Virus record (IMG/VR): IMGVR_UViG_3300032284_000540
Span: 1-55,448 of that record
Reading direction: 5' to 3' (one strand)
DNA from: a virus
Taxonomy: Duplodnaviria > Caudoviricetes
Length of the DNA: 55,448 bases
The position numbers were made by a program, and so were the translations under genes. The notes beneath the pieces are model-generated. The model worked only from the letters and a program-made list of their open reading frames with translations. It was not told the DNA's origin and searched no databases. Positions 10,409 through 20,747 of this stretch are shown in pieces (the stretch's first letter is position 1; every line of letters begins with the position of its first letter).

Positions 10409-12538
10409 TTATGGTGTTATCTGTGTGAATACGAGAGAGCTAGGTGATGGCTCTTCCGTGGCTACTATACTATTCACCACATAGCTTCCGAATAGCGCTA
10501 TGCCAGAAGGATGAACAATGTCTCTCACGAAAGTCTCATAAGTCGAAAGCATCCTTGACGCCATGATGTCGTACGAGTACGCCTGATAGTACTTGCTATC
10601 TTGTAAGTGTTGAGTATCAGATAAGAACCCGCTCCTGTTCGCGAAAGATCCGACGCCGATTCCCTGAGAAGCTACAACGGTAGTACCGGATACCGAGCTC
10701 TGGCTCAACGAGTTAGAAGATATTAAGTTAATGTTCTGATCGGGATAATACCCGAATCCAGAGTCGTATATCGCTACGGACGTGACGACGCCTTTTTGAT
10801 TTCCAGCCGTCGCCTTCACATCTGCGTCGTATCCCCAGTATCCACCCGAACCGTCTGGAATCCTTAAGTCATATATCGCCGGTTCTAAGATGGTCACCGT
10901 CGGGTTCGACGAGTAACCCGTTCCAGGATTTATAGCCGTCAAATAAGTTATAGTTCCAACAGTAATATCGTACGTGGTCAATACTTGACCCATCGAAGAG
11001 TCTAAGTTATGAATGTTTGGTATCAATACTGACGGAAAGGCCCAATTAGTGTCTCTAACTACAGAAGATACGGTAGCGTTAGCGGTCGTGTTCGAATCGA
11101 CTACGCTAGATCCCGGAAAGAAGTAGTTACCGGTGAGGTTATTTGCCACTATGACCGTGGAGTTAGTAGAGATGATAGTAGCCGTAGTCGTTGTATTTTG
11201 TACGGCAAACTTTGTGTTGACGGTGATCTGAGACTGTGTAGTATTACTTATGAGCGTCACTCCCGGAGCTATGTTAGCATAAGTGGCGCCGGTGTTGAGC
11301 CTGGCTACTACGAGAGAACCGTCTGATATAGCCACTGTCAAGTTTGCTATACCGAGAGCCGAGTTTGTAAGAGACTCGCCTACTGCTAGGTTGTTAGCTA
11401 CTTTTAAAGTGACGTCTAACGGAAGAACGTTCGCCGAAGAAATTATGGTATCGCCTGCATTAAACGTACCATGTGTTGTGTTAGGTGTTAGTACTAAGTT
11501 GTATCCGGCAGAAGACACGTCCAACTGTGTATTATAGTAATCGTTTATTATGTCAGAGTTTATATGAAAAATCTGCTTGTTAGTTAAACCGCCTATCTTA
11601 AAAGTGGCGCCGGTTCCTGCTCCGCCAGACACGGTGGGTATAGTGTTGATAGAAAACCCGAACCCCCCGGAGACCAAGTCGAAAGATACTTCACCGTTCT
11701 GATCTTTAGTAGAAGTTACTCTAGCTACTCCTCCTAGACCAGTACCTCCCTGAACATTGAGCAAGTCTCCTTTTTCGAATCCGAACCCGCCGTTAGTCAC
11801 CCCTATAGCAGTTAGAGATCCTATAATATAGGGGGCGTTGTTACTATTGATAGCCAAGCTATAGGCGTTCTGAGAAGTTGGAGGAAGATTCTCGTATTGA
11901 TACTGTGTGATAGTATCGCCGTTAGCATCTACATATAAGCCGTCGCATAGTAATAAGTTGCCGTAGTTGAAGCTTCCTACTAAGTCGCTAAGTACGAGTA
12001 TGTTTATTAGCTGGTTGTTCACAGACTTGGTGTAGAAGTTATCGAGAGTCGCGGACCCGGAACCCGAGCTGTCGTATATCCTCATTCCTATTATACTAGA
12101 AAGATACTGGTTGTCTGTAACTTCTACGTACTTGGGTACGACGTATCGATTATCAGAAAGTTTGAAGACGTCGTTTCCAGGAACGTATATCTGAACGTCT
12201 TCGTTGAAGAGGATCCTGAACAGTAGCTCGTAAGATCTAGGAGAACCCTTAGACCTATAAAGATCTAGCACGTGCTTGACCAGAGTAGCTTGATCTACTT
12301 CAGTACCCTGGGGCAAAGAAAGAAGAAATTTATTCTTGAAGTAAGTTAGAAAGTTGCTGTCAGTACTGTCTACGTCGAAGTAGTCGTACATTTTTCGAGA
12401 ATGATACAACGGGTTAGCCGTAGACTCCATCCACTCGAAGTACGCTTTGACAAAGGCTATGAAGTTCGGTCCTTCAGCTTTATAGAACTCTGGGAACTGA
12501 GACTGAATGAACGGAGATATAAGTTTTTCTACGTTCAT
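10409..12538 (-). CDS. gp7: Baseplate wedge initiator gp7-like
   Basis: QFPEF...FVKAYFEWME, LYRSKGS..SYELLFRILF, LQDSKYYQAYSY and VHPSG motifs; lies between gp6 and gp8. Confidence 0.85.
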   Translation of the reverse strand: MNVEKLISPFIQSQFPEFYKAEGPNFIAFVKAYFEWMESTANPLYHSRKMYDYFDVDSTDSNFLTYFKNKFLLSLPQGTEVDQATLVKHVLDLYRSKGSPRSYELLFRILFNEDVQIYVPGNDVFKLSDNRYVVPKYVEVTDNQYLSSIIGMRIYDSSGSGSATLDNFYTKSVNNQLINILVLSDLVGSFNYGNLLLCDGLYVDANGDTITQYQYENLPPTSQNAYSLAINSNNAPYIIGSLTAIGVTNGGFGFEKGDLLNVQGGTGLGGVARVTSTKDQNGEVSFDLVSGGFGFSINTIPTVSGGAGTGATFKIGGLTNKQIFHINSDIINDYYNTQLDVSSAGYNLVLTPNTTHGTFNAGDTIISSANVLPLDVTLKVANNLAVGESLTNSALGIANLTVAISDGSLVVARLNTGATYANIAPGVTLISNTTQSQITVNTKFAVQNTTTTATIISTNSTVIVANNLTGNYFFPGSSVVDSNTTANATVSSVVRDTNWAFPSVLIPNIHNLDSSMGQVLTTYDITVGTITYLTAINPGTGYSSNPTVTILEPAIYDLRIPDGSGGYWGYDADVKATAGNQKGVVTSVAIYDSGFGYYPDQNINLISSNSLSQSSVSGTTVVASQGIGVGSFANRSGFLSDTQHLQDSKYYQAYSYDIMASRMLSTYETFVRDIVHPSGIALFGSYVVNSIVATEEPSPSSLVFTQITP

Positions 12539-12539
12539 A

Positions 12540-14330
12540 CTATCCGCTTACTATGTTTACTACTAAGCCAGAAGCGATGTCTATCTCTATGACTTGATTA
12601 TTCACGCTGTATAAGTCTTGATTCTGAGGAAGAGCGAACAGCTTGAGTATACTGTTGTTAAGAGCAGCGTATATGTTAGAAGATATGCTCACCGCTCCGG
12701 TAGTATAATTTATCGTGCCGGCGGGTGAGTAGCTAACTACATTAGAGACAGGATTCTGAAGCACTTTATAAAGAGTACCGTTCGTATTGGTCACACCAGG
12801 CACATAGTCTGTATACACGTAGTTGGTTCCGTTGGATACGAACTGATTGGTCAGCAGTGTGCCTGGTGTGATGGCAAAATTAAAGTTTGCAGTAAGTGTG
12901 GATGAGACGTTCAGAGGAGGATTAAGTATCTTATAGACGAAAGCTTTCGTCTCATTACTTATGATGCTAGAGTCAGTCAAGTTTATAGCAGTCATAAGAT
13001 TAGATAGTCTAAAGTCTTTACCGAACTGCTGTAGATACTGTGTGTTATAGTTGGTTATACTCTGCTTCACCGCGGTAGTTATCTCAGCTGGTGTCAAGCT
13101 AGTCTGAGTAAAATCTACGTGTACGTTCGAAGATAGAGTCACATAAGTGTAGTCAGGATCTATAAGAACAGCAGTTATTCCTAGATTCATACGCTGAGAT
13201 AAAAAAGTAGCTACGTCTTGTTTTCTAGAAGTAGACAATGGAGTCCCAGAATACGTCGTTGTAGAGATGAATACTTTTCCATACTCTACTGCGCCGGTAG
13301 AAGTTTCTCCACCGAACACGCCGACACTCTCGATATCAGGAAAGTTTTCCAATATAAGATCTTGATAGTCTGCAGTCGTAACAGCTCTCTCTTGAGTCTG
13401 GAAATGTCTGGGCGCGTTGTATCTAATAGACTCTATCCCTTCTGCGTTAGCTCCTCCAGAAGTAAGAGTGTTTGTGACTACAGTGAGTCCAGAGAGTATA
13501 GCAGTGCCGTTAAGAGATCCCAGATCTGTTTCTATTGTTAGAGTATCCACGGAGTTTGCATCAGACCCCGAGCAAGTACGATACTGTACCGTTATCACTG
13601 AGCCGTTCAACGGAGTTCTTCCGAAGACATTGTCTCCAAATACTAGCTGATAAGTTCCTCCGGTAGAAGCCTGAAGGAAGTATACGTTAGAAGACGGTCC
13701 TAGGCCGTATAAGCTAGAAGCAAACTGAAAGTCGGTGATGTTAGCTCCGCTGTTCTCCACGACTACTACTGTGAGACTAGAAGTGTCTATAGTATTGCTG
13801 GAAAGTTGGAACTGCTGTGTCTGATTCGTGTAGTCTATCACGAAAGATTCTTGAAGATAAGTTCCCTCGTATACCGGCAAGTTGTTGGCTACGAAAGTAT
13901 TGTTTCCAGAATTAAGAGTTATTGAAGAAGAAGTTATGAACGTGTAGTTGCCTATATTGTTTTTTCCACCGAATGGAGTACCGGACGGTATAGTAAAAGA
14001 TACCGCGTTAGAAGTCGGGATCTTCACGTTTATGGTAGTCGTAGAAGAAGTATAAGATCTAGGCAAGTAGTTCAGCATCTTGGCGTGTGATACTACCGAG
14101 TCTCTGATCTGAGCGCTATCTAAGAACATCTCCGAAGCTACCATGTTCAAGTAGAACGCGTTCAGATACGTGTTGTACGTAAGAACGTCTAAAAGCACGC
14201 TCATATTAGAGCCAGCAAAATTATAGTCTTTTAACTGACTCTGATTCGCCAGATAAGAAGTCAGGCTGTTCTTGAGAGTATCGAAGTCTAGCGAGGCTAG
14301 GTTTACAGAATTATTCGTAAATGCAGCCAT
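12540..14330 (-). CDS. gp6: Baseplate wedge protein gp6
   Basis: LDFDTLK..L..YL..Q..KDYNFAGSNMSVLLDVL.YNTY; FGD; RAVTTADY. Confidence 0.95.
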   Translation of the reverse strand: MAAFTNNSVNLASLDFDTLKNSLTSYLANQSQLKDYNFAGSNMSVLLDVLTYNTYLNAFYLNMVASEMFLDSAQIRDSVVSHAKMLNYLPRSYTSSTTTINVKIPTSNAVSFTIPSGTPFGGKNNIGNYTFITSSSITLNSGNNTFVANNLPVYEGTYLQESFVIDYTNQTQQFQLSSNTIDTSSLTVVVVENSGANITDFQFASSLYGLGPSSNVYFLQASTGGTYQLVFGDNVFGRTPLNGSVITVQYRTCSGSDANSVDTLTIETDLGSLNGTAILSGLTVVTNTLTSGGANAEGIESIRYNAPRHFQTQERAVTTADYQDLILENFPDIESVGVFGGETSTGAVEYGKVFISTTTYSGTPLSTSRKQDVATFLSQRMNLGITAVLIDPDYTYVTLSSNVHVDFTQTSLTPAEITTAVKQSITNYNTQYLQQFGKDFRLSNLMTAINLTDSSIISNETKAFVYKILNPPLNVSSTLTANFNFAITPGTLLTNQFVSNGTNYVYTDYVPGVTNTNGTLYKVLQNPVSNVVSYSPAGTINYTTGAVSISSNIYAALNNSILKLFALPQNQDLYSVNNQVIEIDIASGLVVNIVSG

Positions 14331-14334
14331 TCTA

Positions 14335-14754
14335 TTATCTTACTCTCTGCAGGATGAGGTCTAGAGATATCGGGTTAGGATTATTTATCATGCTAAAATA
14401 GATGTTTACAGTATAAGAATTTTGATCTTCGGACGGTATGACGTTGACGGACTGAAGTGCAACTCTAGGCTCGTTGAACTTCACTGTCTGCTCTATAGCC
14501 GTCTTTATGCTAGACGCTGCGAACGGGCCGAACGGCTCGAACAATGAGCGATATACTATGCTGCCCTTGTTCGGCTGAAAAAGGCTTTCTCCGAGATTCG
14601 TCAAGACCAGCGCTCGAATCGATTGCTTCACGCTGTCTTCGTTAGTAACCAGTCCTACGTCGTTAGACAAGGGGCTCTTATCGAGATTCACGAGAAAATC
14701 GCTGAAGTATTCTTGTGACTTATTTGATACGGTATAGAAATCTGCTCTTGCCAT
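14335..14754 (-). CDS. gp25: Baseplate wedge protein gp25
   Basis: VKQSIRALVLTNLGE..FQP..GS...LFEP and EPRV motifs; 139 aa. Confidence 0.95.
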   Translation of the reverse strand: MARADFYTVSNKSQEYFSDFLVNLDKSPLSNDVGLVTNEDSVKQSIRALVLTNLGESLFQPNKGSIVYRSLFEPFGPFAASSIKTAIEQTVKFNEPRVALQSVNVIPSEDQNSYTVNIYFSMINNPNPISLDLILQRVR

Positions 14755-14769
14755 CTTAGATGCTATTTA

Positions 14770-15762
14770 TTATGGAGTAGACGGAACATGTGGCGGGTTC
14801 GGAGAAGAAGAAGTACTCGGCACGCCATTTGTGTAAGTTTTAATGCTATAGGAACCGGAGATGTACTTATACACGTATCCGGCACCATACGTATCCCAGG
14901 CGTTAATCGACTTAGCATACGTCTGTACGACATTTCCAGACATTCTCAACTCTCCGCCGGCAGGAGGATTGGCGCCAGTAGGATCTTGTTTGTCGGAACC
15001 GGATGCTCTAATTGCGACATATGTGTTACCTGAAATTGCAGCAGAGCCTTTTAGTCCATATATTCCGGCCTGGCCCTCTCCAGAAAACATTTTAGCGTCG
15101 CCTTTAGCATTAACGTAATAATTGCCTGTATCTGATAATACAGATACATCTCCTCCTTCTGATCTAACAAGAACGTCTTTAGCTGCTGCGAGTCTAACAT
15201 CAGATGCTAGTGCTCCTATTACTACGTCTCCAACATTAGCACTTATTATAGTACCATTCAATGATTGAAAAGTAGCTTTATTTTGGGCAAAAAAGTTCAT
15301 GTCATGATTTACCATAAGATTATAATTCTTGCCTACTGTCAGATTATAGTTTCCGCCTACCACGTGATTGACGTCTCCCTTGACCTCGAGATGAGCGTCT
15401 CCTCCTACGACTATGCGCGCTGCGCCGCCGATCTTGATGTCGCCGTTCTTCTCGATAGTTATTGTGGTGCTCTGCTTTACGGTCTTGCTCTCGTTCGCGC
15501 TGACTACCTCTACCTTACGACCATCTTCTGAGACTTCAGTATATGATCCGGACTTGTGAGCGATCCTGACTCTTTCGTTTCCCGGTGTGTCGTCAAGATG
15601 TATCTCGTGGCCCGCGCGCGTAACCTGTGAGTAGTTGTACGGGTATTGAGACGCGTATGTGGTGCCGGGAGTACGCGTATTAGCAGAAGACGGAGTCGAT
15701 AGAGTCTTAGTCTTACCCGTAAAGAGACCAGTTATAGTATCAAATATAGGAACATTTACCAT
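14770..15762 (-). CDS. gp5 C-terminal part (beta-helix spike)
   Basis: YPYN...GHEIHLDDTPGNERVRIAHKSGSYTE followed by VxGD/VxGN repeats. Confidence 0.85.
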   Translation of the reverse strand: MVNVPIFDTITGLFTGKTKTLSTPSSANTRTPGTTYASQYPYNYSQVTRAGHEIHLDDTPGNERVRIAHKSGSYTEVSEDGRKVEVVSANESKTVKQSTTITIEKNGDIKIGGAARIVVGGDAHLEVKGDVNHVVGGNYNLTVGKNYNLMVNHDMNFFAQNKATFQSLNGTIISANVGDVVIGALASDVRLAAAKDVLVRSEGGDVSVLSDTGNYYVNAKGDAKMFSGEGQAGIYGLKGSAAISGNTYVAIRASGSDKQDPTGANPPAGGELRMSGNVVQTYAKSINAWDTYGAGYVYKYISGSYSIKTYTNGVPSTSSSPNPPHVPSTP

Positions 15763-15764
15763 TA

Positions 15765-17489
15765 TTACTTTCCTCTCCTAGCAGCTCTGGCAGCTACCTG
15801 ATCGGCAATTGCATTTCTAGAATCTAAGGCAGCGAGCTGCTGAGTCTCTTCTTGAGCACCGATCTGCTTCATGATATTTTCGTTTTCTGCATTAGGGTCG
15901 TTCTCAGGAGGAGGCGGTATACCCAGAGCTTCACTCTCTGTGACGAGCGGAGGAGCTTCTGGAGCGGCAAGTTGAGCGTTAACCGCTTCCTGCTGCATGG
16001 ATACTTCGTTTTGATTTAGAGCAGCGTTAAGCTGGTCTTGCGACGCCGATCCTACTTGTGGAGTCGGAAGAGACGGAGGCGATGGAGCCGGTGTAGTCGC
16101 GGCTTCAGAGTCCGTAGTAGTAGATGGTACAGGAAGAGGAGGAGACTTTTGCTGAGAAGCTAGAGTACCAGCGCTTAACTTTAGCGAAGAAAGCATAGTC
16201 GAAAGAATTGTTTGAATTATATTTGGTGCCTGTATTAGACCTCCAAAATCGGAAATCAGCGAGTTAATATTGGATACTGAAGAAATTACACTCGTGAGAG
16301 AAGATAGACCCGGAACTATAGAAGGTCCTAGAGCGACTAGCTGATCGAGACTCTTTATACTAGAACCAAATAGAGCATTTATTCCGCCGAGCTGTATAGA
16401 ATTCATAAGAGAATTTAAACTACCACCGAGCCCTCCTCCACTCAATAGTCCGGCACCTAAAGATGAGATCGCAGAAGTCGCTGCTACGTCGCTGAGGAGC
16501 GACTGTGTTAGACCTATTCCACCCGGAACCGCCGCCATCGCATCGATGCCGCCAAGAGAACCAAAACCCGTCATAGAATTAATTGATGATAGCTGAGATA
16601 CCAGAGCCTGAGAAGAAGCGAAGTGGGGGCTATCTTGAGGAAAGCTCAGCACGGCCGGATTGAACGCGGGAGCTGACAGTGTGGCTAGTGGATTAGGTCC
16701 TCCGGCTGCGAAAGTTGACGTTATACTGTTTAGCGCGCCGTTCGTCGCAGTGAGAGCGCTCGGTGATAGAGATGCTGGATTTATTGCGTTAATCGCCGAA
16801 AGCACGCTGCCTATGCCGAACTGACTCATAGCAGTCGAGAGTACTCTAGTTATGCTCGACGTACCTATATCTGCTAAACCGGACACAGAGCTAAATGCAT
16901 CTATAGCTTGAATTTTACTGATTCCCGTAAGCGCTCCAGACAGAGCGCCCGACATGTTCGACGGATCGAGAGTTAGCAAAGTAGAAGTAAGGTTTGAAGG
17001 TATAGAAGAAAGAACACCGACGCCAGCCGACAGAGATGCAAACTTTAGACCAGCGGCCGCCAAAGCAGTTAAATTCTTTCCTCCAAGAGCAGAGTTTAGA
17101 TCTTGACCACGAGCGGCTCTGGCCATGTCGTTGTTCGTTGGATTTAAGACGTAAGAACCGTCCACGACTTGCCCCGGCACTGTACTGCCGGCAGATTGAA
17201 GAGATCCTTCTATGTACAAGATCGTCTTATCGTCGTCTGCGAACCTTCCTACGAGCACTGTTCCAGGGACAACTCCTACTGGAGAACTGCCCACGCCCGC
17301 CAGAGAAGCTCCGTGTGTTATAGGTATGATAGGAGCAGCCCACGGTAGATCAGCGTCCGGAATACGAGCTACGTCGTCATGAAGACCGAACACGCGAACT
17401 TGTACACGGCCCTGCTGCTTAGGATCATTTACATTGACGACTTTACCGTACCATCTGTTCTCGCCGGATCCGAGCGCTCTGTCAGTCAT
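15765..17489 (-). CDS. gp5: gp5 N-terminal OB-fold baseplate hub protein with long low-complexity extension
   Basis: GKVVNVNDPKQQGRVQVRVFGLH...LPWA gp5 OB-fold motif. Confidence 0.85.
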   Translation of the reverse strand: MTDRALGSGENRWYGKVVNVNDPKQQGRVQVRVFGLHDDVARIPDADLPWAAPIIPITHGASLAGVGSSPVGVVPGTVLVGRFADDDKTILYIEGSLQSAGSTVPGQVVDGSYVLNPTNNDMARAARGQDLNSALGGKNLTALAAAGLKFASLSAGVGVLSSIPSNLTSTLLTLDPSNMSGALSGALTGISKIQAIDAFSSVSGLADIGTSSITRVLSTAMSQFGIGSVLSAINAINPASLSPSALTATNGALNSITSTFAAGGPNPLATLSAPAFNPAVLSFPQDSPHFASSQALVSQLSSINSMTGFGSLGGIDAMAAVPGGIGLTQSLLSDVAATSAISSLGAGLLSGGGLGGSLNSLMNSIQLGGINALFGSSIKSLDQLVALGPSIVPGLSSLTSVISSVSNINSLISDFGGLIQAPNIIQTILSTMLSSLKLSAGTLASQQKSPPLPVPSTTTDSEAATTPAPSPPSLPTPQVGSASQDQLNAALNQNEVSMQQEAVNAQLAAPEAPPLVTESEALGIPPPPENDPNAENENIMKQIGAQEETQQLAALDSRNAIADQVAARAARRGK

Positions 17490-18712
17490 TTAGTAGGATT
17501 ACCCTTCAAGCATTCTAACACGCATGAGTATCTAGGTCTCTCTCCCTCGGGTGTTATCATGTGTCGCAGAGAAGCTATGACCATGTTACCTCCTACGTCT
17601 CTGTCTCCGGTCTGGCTGCCGGTAGTCGACGTCTGACTAGGAATGGCCGCGTAGATCAATCCGCCAGCATAGAGCTTAGGATCACCGAACACCCTGAGCT
17701 TTATGAGGTTCTGCATGAGCTCGCCGGAATACGACAGCTGGTTCGGTGTAGTCTCTGGAATGTTGGTTATAGGATTCCTGTTGTCGTACGGCAATACAGA
17801 AGATCTTCCCGGATACTTACCGAACTTGTTATTGAAGCTATTATTGTTCCAGGTTCCTTTTCCGCCAGACGTGTCCGAAGCTCCGGGCTTACTGGCCGTA
17901 TTCTGCTTATACTCGTTCGTCTCGAAGTTAAACGTAGAAGTCCTAGAACTTATAGTACCACGGCTGATACGATCTACGGCGTTAAACACGTGAGGCAGCT
18001 CGTACGCGAATATATTTGTGTCGGTCAGTTTTGTCATGTCTGCGCCGACCGTGTTATCTACTACGAAGTTCTTAAGAGGAGATCCTTTGAACATGCTCTC
18101 GATCGTAACGAAGTTGAACCCGTTCTGATTCTCGAAGAAGACGTAGCTCGAAGACTGATTAGTGCTAGACGCCGCTCTGCGACGTATACGATCTATGAAC
18201 TCCCAGCACTTCTCGTTCTGCGCCAGCAAGTTTTGCGGGCCCTTGGTGGGTTCCAAGTTTATCTTCTTCGTGGTGTTCAAGTAGCTGGTCAGCACGTCTT
18301 TTACTATGTCGGATATGAGCTTCTGCTGGTAGCTCTTCTGTATGTATCCCTGGACGCTGACGCCTCCAGAGGCATAGAATGTTTCTTGCGAAGTGCATAT
18401 CAGCTTTATGGTCTTAGACTTGTAACTTATACCCGGCTCTGCGTCTTCTGGCTTATTCACTAGCATGTTGTAAGTGACTCGCTGACCGCCCGGAACAGAA
18501 AAAGAGATAACGAACGGCTCTCCTCCAGAAAGATTCAGGTTGCCGAAAAGAGCGTCGTCACTGTCTCTAACGTTTATTTCTGCTACGACACACGGCATGA
18601 ATATGCTCTCGTATATCGAAGCCGATATGAAACCAGATGTTATAGCTTTACCGGATATAGACATGCTGTTTATTACAAAGTCGCCGGGTTGATACGAATT
18701 GCTTAGAGCCAT
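17486..18712 (-). CDS. Baseplate hub protein (gp27-like)
   Basis: IYESIF.P, YVFFENQNGFNFVTIESM, VFGDP.L.AG and LRH motifs; lies between gp53 and gp5. Confidence 0.7.
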   Translation of the reverse strand: MALSNSYQPGDFVINSMSISGKAITSGFISASIYESIFMPCVVAEINVRDSDDALFGNLNLSGGEPFVISFSVPGGQRVTYNMLVNKPEDAEPGISYKSKTIKLICTSQETFYASGGVSVQGYIQKSYQQKLISDIVKDVLTSYLNTTKKINLEPTKGPQNLLAQNEKCWEFIDRIRRRAASSTNQSSSYVFFENQNGFNFVTIESMFKGSPLKNFVVDNTVGADMTKLTDTNIFAYELPHVFNAVDRISRGTISSRTSTFNFETNEYKQNTASKPGASDTSGGKGTWNNNSFNNKFGKYPGRSSVLPYDNRNPITNIPETTPNQLSYSGELMQNLIKLRVFGDPKLYAGGLIYAAIPSQTSTTGSQTGDRDVGGNMVIASLRHMITPEGERPRYSCVLECLKGNPTK

Positions 18713-18715
18713 GAC

Positions 18716-19669
18716 TTACTTACCGGTAAGAAGATTGGCCAGCTGGTCTGATACGACTTGTGTAAAAGAAGGATCTAACATTCTTATCGTCTTATTGATG
18801 GTATTCTTCTCGACTTCATAGTCGTATACAGTGACTGGCTCCCAGTATATAGTCTCTGCAAGAGATATGTTATTCGCCAGAGACGTTATCGTAGAAGATA
18901 CAGAACAGTTAGACCCGCTCTGCGTGCCGTATATGAAGCTGCCAGACGTCGGCGTATAACCGCCTGGATATTCTCTCACGTAGCCGCTAGTGCTCTGTAT
19001 AGTCACGGAAGAAGAGTTAGAGACTACTACTTGACCCTGGCCGGCCGAGAGATAGTGTGTGCCAGAGTTAGCATATGCCAAATTTACTCGGACGATCTCG
19101 TTCTCAGTAAACGCGCTGTTTCCAGTCGTCACATCATATCTTATGATTCTATTAGTAACTAGCCTATCGTCTATTCTTTTTCTTGCGTATGTGATAGGGA
19201 CGTTATTGACTATCTGATCTTGTACGAAGTACTTCTTGGCAGTGTCTATAAAGATTTTTCCATTGACATCTACTCTAGATATATCTGGTAAGCTGTTGTA
19301 TTGCGAAGCAGTGATGGGAGCGGTGTCGTTATACCAGTTATTCCTATAGAAAGCTACTTGCTGCTGTATGAGTTCTATAGACCCGTACTTCTGAGTAAGG
19401 TACTGAAAGAAAGTGTCGGCGTCCATATACCAGTCGTAGTACGGATCGGTAATACCGTTAGAAAGATAGACGAGCCAGCTGAGATACTCGTCGTTGTACT
19501 GAACGTCTGATATCTGGTCGGGCCTCTCGTTGTTCTGTAAGTCGTACGGATAGAACACGTATGGATTCTTCAGCACGTTATCGCGAATACTGGTCCGTTC
19601 AGTGATGTTTACGACTACTTGACCGTTATACGATATGAGAGGGAACTTATCGAAATATTTTTCTGACAT
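18716..19669 (-). CDS. gp53: Baseplate wedge protein gp53
   Basis: YFDKFP.I.Y, ERPDQIS..Y...WLVYLSNGI.DPYYDW and YE...N...IR motifs. Confidence 0.9.
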   Translation of the reverse strand: MSEKYFDKFPLISYNGQVVVNITERTSIRDNVLKNPYVFYPYDLQNNERPDQISDVQYNDEYLSWLVYLSNGITDPYYDWYMDADTFFQYLTQKYGSIELIQQQVAFYRNNWYNDTAPITASQYNSLPDISRVDVNGKIFIDTAKKYFVQDQIVNNVPITYARKRIDDRLVTNRIIRYDVTTGNSAFTENEIVRVNLAYANSGTHYLSAGQGQVVVSNSSSVTIQSTSGYVREYPGGYTPTSGSFIYGTQSGSNCSVSSTITSLANNISLAETIYWEPVTVYDYEVEKNTINKTIRMLDPSFTQVVSDQLANLLTGK

Positions 19670-19671
19670 GT

Positions 19672-20688
19672 TTAAGATCTTGGGCCAGTGTATGCTATAG
19701 AAGATTGATTGATGTCGTTCTTAGACCAGTACTCAATTTCTAGAAGATTCATGGACATCTCTACTTCTGTGGGAACGTTAGACTGACCCTTGAAGAACGA
19801 CGGACCAGAGGGAGCGTAGTTCGAAGAAAAACTCTTTATGACGCACGGCTTAAACTTAAAGAGATAGTCGGATTCTGGCATGAAACTAAGCTGAACTATA
19901 TCCGGATAGTTCAACAGTGTACCGACATTAAATCCACTCTTAGGAAAATCTGGTAGAAGATGATACTTAAACATAGTCAGTATAGCCTGTATTATATTGG
20001 ACTCTTCTGGTGTATTGGCTATGAGTCTCCAGTTAAACTGATACTCTTTAAAGTTCGGTTGCTTGAACATCACGGTCAGGAACGGATTTACTGCTAGTCC
20101 CAACGGTTGTATAGCTTGATTCAAAGTAAGACCGTCTATGCCTAATGCAGTTGCACCCTGTTGAATTTGTTTTTCGGCTGTATTTATTGCTGCACCAACT
20201 GCTATACCTCCTGATGCTCCACCCAGACCACCGAGAGCCCAACTTACAGTATCTCCTATACTGGATTGTGACGAGCTTCCTTGAGTAAGAGAAGCTCCGT
20301 TTCCGTTTTGCATATTCTCGATAGCCGCGCCTACTACGGGGTTTTCAGAAGTTTCTTCCCAAGACTGAGTAAACGTTTCTAGAAGAGACTTCGGAACAGG
20401 AAGCTTTATTGTTCCTTGGGGCTTCATGAACGGCTGATTAAACATAGATCTTCTGGTATACTGATAGAAATCAAAAGACATAGCTATACCGTATTGATCT
20501 AGATCAGATGGAAACGTAAGATTAGATCCTAAAAGATTATTCTTAAATGGACGACTATTAATTACAGCGCTAGCAACAAAAGGAGCAGCTATTAAAGCTC
20601 CTGCTGCAACTCGCACTGCGCCGATTCCTAAATCTACCAGTTTTTCTGCAATTGCAGCTCGGGGATCAAAAGGTGTTGGTCCTGCCAT
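19672..20688 (-). CDS. gp48: Baseplate tail-tube cap gp48
   Basis: IKLPVP, NPFLTVMFKQPNFKEYQFNW.L....EES, CVIKS...NYAP and P.EVEMSMNLLE motifs. Confidence 0.85.
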   Translation of the reverse strand: MAGPTPFDPRAAIAEKLVDLGIGAVRVAAGALIAAPFVASAVINSRPFKNNLLGSNLTFPSDLDQYGIAMSFDFYQYTRRSMFNQPFMKPQGTIKLPVPKSLLETFTQSWEETSENPVVGAAIENMQNGNGASLTQGSSSQSSIGDTVSWALGGLGGASGGIAVGAAINTAEKQIQQGATALGIDGLTLNQAIQPLGLAVNPFLTVMFKQPNFKEYQFNWRLIANTPEESNIIQAILTMFKYHLLPDFPKSGFNVGTLLNYPDIVQLSFMPESDYLFKFKPCVIKSFSSNYAPSGPSFFKGQSNVPTEVEMSMNLLEIEYWSKNDINQSSIAYTGPRS

Positions 20689-20723
20689 TTGTTCTTTCTT
20701 CTTTATACGAGAGAATCTTTACT

Positions 20724-20742
20724 TATTTATAGCTCATAAATA
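20724..20742. promoter_or_regulatory. Divergent pair of T4-type late promoters
   Basis: TATAAATA on minus (20724-20731) toward gp48 and CATAAATA on plus (20735-20742) toward gp4. Confidence 0.8.
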
Positions 20743-20747
20743 GAACC

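Noticed and set aside
17561-18463. 300-aa plus-strand ORF
   Set aside because: Antisense shadow of the baseplate hub gene, with no motifs or expression signals.
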